Assembly: GCA_026989875.1 (NCBI GenBank)
Contig: JALSIP010000120.1
Span: 1 to 36,169 of the forward strand
DNA from: an archaeon
GTDB taxonomy: Archaea; Hydrothermarchaeota; Hydrothermarchaeia; Hydrothermarchaeales; BMS3B
DNA length: 36,169 nt
Direction of reading: 5' to 3'
In this document: in pieces, positions 33,664 to 36,169 of the stretch
How positions within the stretch are numbered: position 1 is the first letter of the stretch
Layout of the letters: every line of letters starts with the position of its first letter
Notes under the pieces: generated by a model
Told to the model about the DNA's origin: nothing
The model's database searches: none
The model's input: only the letters and a program-made list of their open reading frames with translations
Translations under genes and position numbers: made by a program

Positions 33664-34773
33664 ATGTTGGGGATGTTCAGCGTGGGCTGTGAGGACGACG
33701 CCACCAGAGCGAGAGCCGGTGTGCTGGAAACCCGCCACGGAAAGGTCAGAACACCCTGCTTCATGCCCGTCGCCACAAGGGGGTTTGTCAAAACCCTTTC
33801 TGCAGAGGAGCTGGAGAGAATTAAAGCCGAGGCGATTATCTCCAATGCCCTGCTGCTCTACATGAAGCCTGGCGCAGAGGTAATTGCAGAGGCTGGCGGG
33901 ATACACAGGTTCATGAGCTTTGAGGGCACGATTTTCACAGACTCCGGCGGGTTTCAGGTGCTGCGCCGGGAGTTTTCGCCCAGATTTACCCGCCACGGCA
34001 TCGCCTTCAGGTCTCCCTTTGATGGCTCAAGGCACGTGCTTACGCCAGAGCTGTGCATAGCTTTGCAGGAGACGCTGGGCAGCGATGTGGCGGTGCAGCT
34101 TGATGACTGCCCGCCCTACGGAGCTGAGGGCGAGAGGTACAGGGAGAGCGTGCGCAGAACTCTGGAATGGGCTGAAGCGAGCCTGCAGGCAAAAACCCGC
34201 GAGGACCTGCTGCTCTTCGGAGTTGTGCAGGGGGGCACAGACCCGGAGCTCAGGCGCCTGTGCACGCGTAGGCTGGCTGAGATGGGGTTTGATGGCTACT
34301 GCTTGGGCGGGCTGAGCGTTGGCGAGCCCAGGGAGGTGATGATGGAGATGGTTGAGCTCTCGGTGAGTATGCTGCCTGAAAGCATGCCCAGGTACCTGAT
34401 GGGCGTGGGCTCGCCCGTGGAGGTGCTGGAGGCGGTGGCAAGGGGTGTGGATGTGTTTGACTCTGCATTTCCAACGAGAAATGCCAGGCACGGAGCAGTT
34501 TACACCTGGCACGGGAAGTACAGCATAACCAAAGCCAGAAACCTGCACATCCACGAGCCCTTAGAGCCGGGATGCACCTGTCCAGCCTGCAGGAGATACT
34601 CCAGAGCCTACATCAGCCATCTCATGCGGTGCAATGAGCCGCTGGGAAAGAGGCTGGTGAGCCTGCACAACCTGCACTTCATGCAGGAGCTCATGCGCAG
34701 GGCGAGAGATGCCATCTCCAGAGGAGAGTTTAATGAGTACCTGAGCCGGGTGAGGGAAATCTTCAGGCGCTGA
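33664..34773 (+). CDS. tgt: tRNA-guanine transglycosylase, bacterial/eukaryal (queuine/preQ1) type, catalytic TIM barrel only
   Basis: TPCFMPVAT, TDSGGFQV, QLDDCPPY, GVVQGG, LGGLSVGEP, RYLMGVGSP and FDSAFPTRNARHG. Zn site CTCPACRRYSRAYISHL plus HNLHF. 369 aa with no C1/C2/PUA extension. Confidence 0.88.
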   Translation: MLGMFSVGCEDDATRARAGVLETRHGKVRTPCFMPVATRGFVKTLSAEELERIKAEAIISNALLLYMKPGAEVIAEAGGIHRFMSFEGTIFTDSGGFQVLRREFSPRFTRHGIAFRSPFDGSRHVLTPELCIALQETLGSDVAVQLDDCPPYGAEGERYRESVRRTLEWAEASLQAKTREDLLLFGVVQGGTDPELRRLCTRRLAEMGFDGYCLGGLSVGEPREVMMEMVELSVSMLPESMPRYLMGVGSPVEVLEAVARGVDVFDSAFPTRNARHGAVYTWHGKYSITKARNLHIHEPLEPGCTCPACRRYSRAYISHLMRCNEPLGKRLVSLHNLHFMQELMRRARDAISRGEFNEYLSRVREIFRR

Positions 34774-34778
34774 GAGTT

Positions 34779-35423
34779 GTGCAGAAAGTTTCTTTACCGT
34801 GGTTACCCTTCGCTCCCAAGGACATGCGATTTCTCCTGCTGGTTCTGCTTCTGACGCTGGAGGCTGTGCACGGAGCCGCAGCAAATGAAAAGAGCAGAGG
34901 GGATGCCGTGCTTGCAGGTGATGCACCCGCAGATGCGCAGGTGTTCAGATACGAGAAGGAGGAGTCACAGGGATACCTGAAGGTGCTGGCACTGCTGGGG
35001 GTGCTGGCTTTCCTGCCTGCGGCTTACATGGTGATGAGGTATTTTGGCAGAAGGGGCAGGGAGATAGCGAGGATGTATCAGGAGAAGAGGATCAGCGCCC
35101 CGGAGAGGGATGTGGTGGCTGAAGCCAAGAGCATGTTCTTAGAGGGCAGGAAAAGAGATGCCTTCAGGCTTGCATACCGGGAGCTCAGGCGCATGCTGGG
35201 CTCAAGGTACGGGAGCAACCTGACACTCAGAGAGGCGCTGGAAAGGCTGGAGAATGACCCGGAGGTGGATGGTGAGGTTAAGAGAAGCATAGTGGAGAGC
35301 GCCCGCCTGTGCGAGGCAGGGGGCTTCGGAAAACATTCGCCGAGCCAGGAGGAGCTGTACACCATGCTGAGAGGGCTCAGCCTGGCGAGGGGGCTGAGGA
35401 AGGAAGGAGATGCGCAGGGTTGA
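34779..35423 (+). CDS. membrane-anchored DUF4129-like protein
   Basis: Signal/anchor MRFLLLVLLLTLEAVHGAAA (likely ATG at 34824), second TM VLALLGVLAFLPAAYMVM, then a helical domain AFRLAYRELRRMLGSRYGSNLTLREALERL typical of DUF4129. Confidence 0.65.
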   Translation: MQKVSLPWLPFAPKDMRFLLLVLLLTLEAVHGAAANEKSRGDAVLAGDAPADAQVFRYEKEESQGYLKVLALLGVLAFLPAAYMVMRYFGRRGREIARMYQEKRISAPERDVVAEAKSMFLEGRKRDAFRLAYRELRRMLGSRYGSNLTLREALERLENDPEVDGEVKRSIVESARLCEAGGFGKHSPSQEELYTMLRGLSLARGLRKEGDAQG

Positions 35424-35886
35424 GGTGTTCCCGAGCGATGGCGGAAACTCCATGCTGAAGTGGTACAGAGTCAGAAACCCCCTGCGGGTGGTGGTGAACT
35501 TCCTGGTGATATATGCATGCCGCTTCCTGCCCTCGCTGGCGCTCAAGCGGGCGCTGCTCAGGCTACTGGGAATGAAGGTGGGCAGGAATGTTTCCATTGG
35601 CCTCGGGGCGACCTTTGACATCTTCTTCCCTGAGCTCATAGAGATAGGGGACAACTCGGTTATAGGCTACAACGCAGCCATCCTGGCGCACGAGTTTCTT
35701 GTGCACGAGTGGCGCAGGGGAAGGGTGAGGATTGGAAGGGATGTGATGCTCGGCGCAAAATGCTTAGTGCTGCCGGGGGTGGAGATTGGCGACGGCGCAA
35801 CCATTGCTGCCTACTCCTTGGTGAACAGGGACGTGCCCCCTGGAGCCTTTGCAGCTGGTGTGCCCGCGAGGGTGAGGAGAAGATGA
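35410..35886 (+). CDS. hexapeptide-repeat (left-handed beta-helix) acetyltransferase
   Basis: GRNVSIGLGATFD..IEIGDNSVIGYNAAI..VRIGRDVMLGAKCLVLPGVEIGDGATIAAYSLV..VPPGAFAAGVPARV. An alternative ATG is at 35452. Confidence 0.85.
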   Translation: MRRVEVFPSDGGNSMLKWYRVRNPLRVVVNFLVIYACRFLPSLALKRALLRLLGMKVGRNVSIGLGATFDIFFPELIEIGDNSVIGYNAAILAHEFLVHEWRRGRVRIGRDVMLGAKCLVLPGVEIGDGATIAAYSLVNRDVPPGAFAAGVPARVRRR

Positions 35887-36169
35887 GGCGCTATGAGGCG
35901 CTTGTGCTTGCTGTGGCGCTTGTAAACCTCGCAGGCACTGCCTTCGGCTTCTATTACTACAGGGAGATGTTTGAGCTCTTCCCGGTGAAGCTCTGGCTGT
36001 TTATCCCGGACTCGCCCTTAGCAACGCTATTCTTCGCTTTCTCGCTCTTCCTCATCTACCTCAAAAAGCGCTTTTACACCTTCTACCTCATTGCCATGGC
36101 GCAGAGCGTTAAGTACGGCTTCTGGACGATGTTTGTCATCCTGTACTTCAGCGACTACTTCCTGGCTCC
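35883..36169 (+). CDS. integral membrane protein, partial (runs off window), possibly DUF1405-like
   Basis: The ATG overlaps the preceding stop (ATGA). MRRYEALVLAVALVNLAGTAFGFYYYREMF...LFIPDSPLATLFFAFSLFLIYL... Hydrophobic helices continue to the end of the window. Confidence 0.65.
   Translation, partial: MRRYEALVLAVALVNLAGTAFGFYYYREMFELFPVKLWLFIPDSPLATLFFAFSLFLIYLKKRFYTFYLIAMAQSVKYGFWTMFVILYFSDYFLA

Noticed and set aside
1-36169. CRISPR arrays, tRNA/rRNA genes, transposases, integrases and prophage or defence-island hallmarks.
   Set aside because: By eye, no spaced direct repeats, no T-loop (GTTCRAATC) or cloverleaf candidates in the intergenic gaps, and no recombinase-like ORFs were seen. 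A covariance-model scan would be needed to exclude small RNAs formally.

Overview
GC-rich archaeal (euryarchaeal, methanogen-like) chromosomal segment; all assignments come from reading the supplied translations and the DNA, with no database search. About 5.5-19.1 kb on the minus strand is the conserved archaeal ribosomal-protein super-operon: uL3-uL4-uL23-uL2-uS19-uL22-uS3-uL29-Rpp29-uS17-uL14-uL24-eS4-uL5-uS14-uS8-uL6-eL32-eL19-uL18-uS5-uL30-uL15-SecY-AdkA-DUF106 insertase. The 48-aa zinc-type uS14 is missing from the ORF track, and the uL3 and uS5 starts are corrected here. Left of the operon (0-5.4 kb) lie a low-GC small ORF, a secreted CWB2-repeat protein, a YeiH-like permease translationally coupled to a HAMP histidine kinase, a subtilisin and a ferritin-like di-iron protein. 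Right of it (19.3-36.2 kb) is an accessory-looking region dense in signalling and modification genes:
- a B12-binding-like radical SAM enzyme
- a degenerate PPAT-like mini-protein placed head-to-head with a class V aminotransferase
- a REC-wHTH response regulator
- a 330-bp non-coding region with a strong BRE/TATA and 10-nt phased GCACC repeats
- thrS coupled to an extended dtdA
- a KaiC-like ATPase plus an ACT-domain partner
- a TauE/TSUP permease fused to two USP domains
- an unlisted 47-aa CPxCG zinc-ribbon ORF
- a Cys-rich PAS histidine kinase divergent from a CheY-like regulator
- a tight co-directional string of wHTH, O-methyltransferase-like, USP, bacterial-type tRNA-guanine transglycosylase, DUF4129-like, LbH acetyltransferase and a membrane protein

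No tRNA, rRNA, CRISPR array, transposase or integrase was recognised. The best candidates for something undescribed are the bacterial-type TGT string, the thrS upstream element, the KaiC-ACT pair, the TauE-USP2 fusion, the HxGH-less PPAT-like protein and the zinc-ribbon microprotein. None can be proven from sequence alone.
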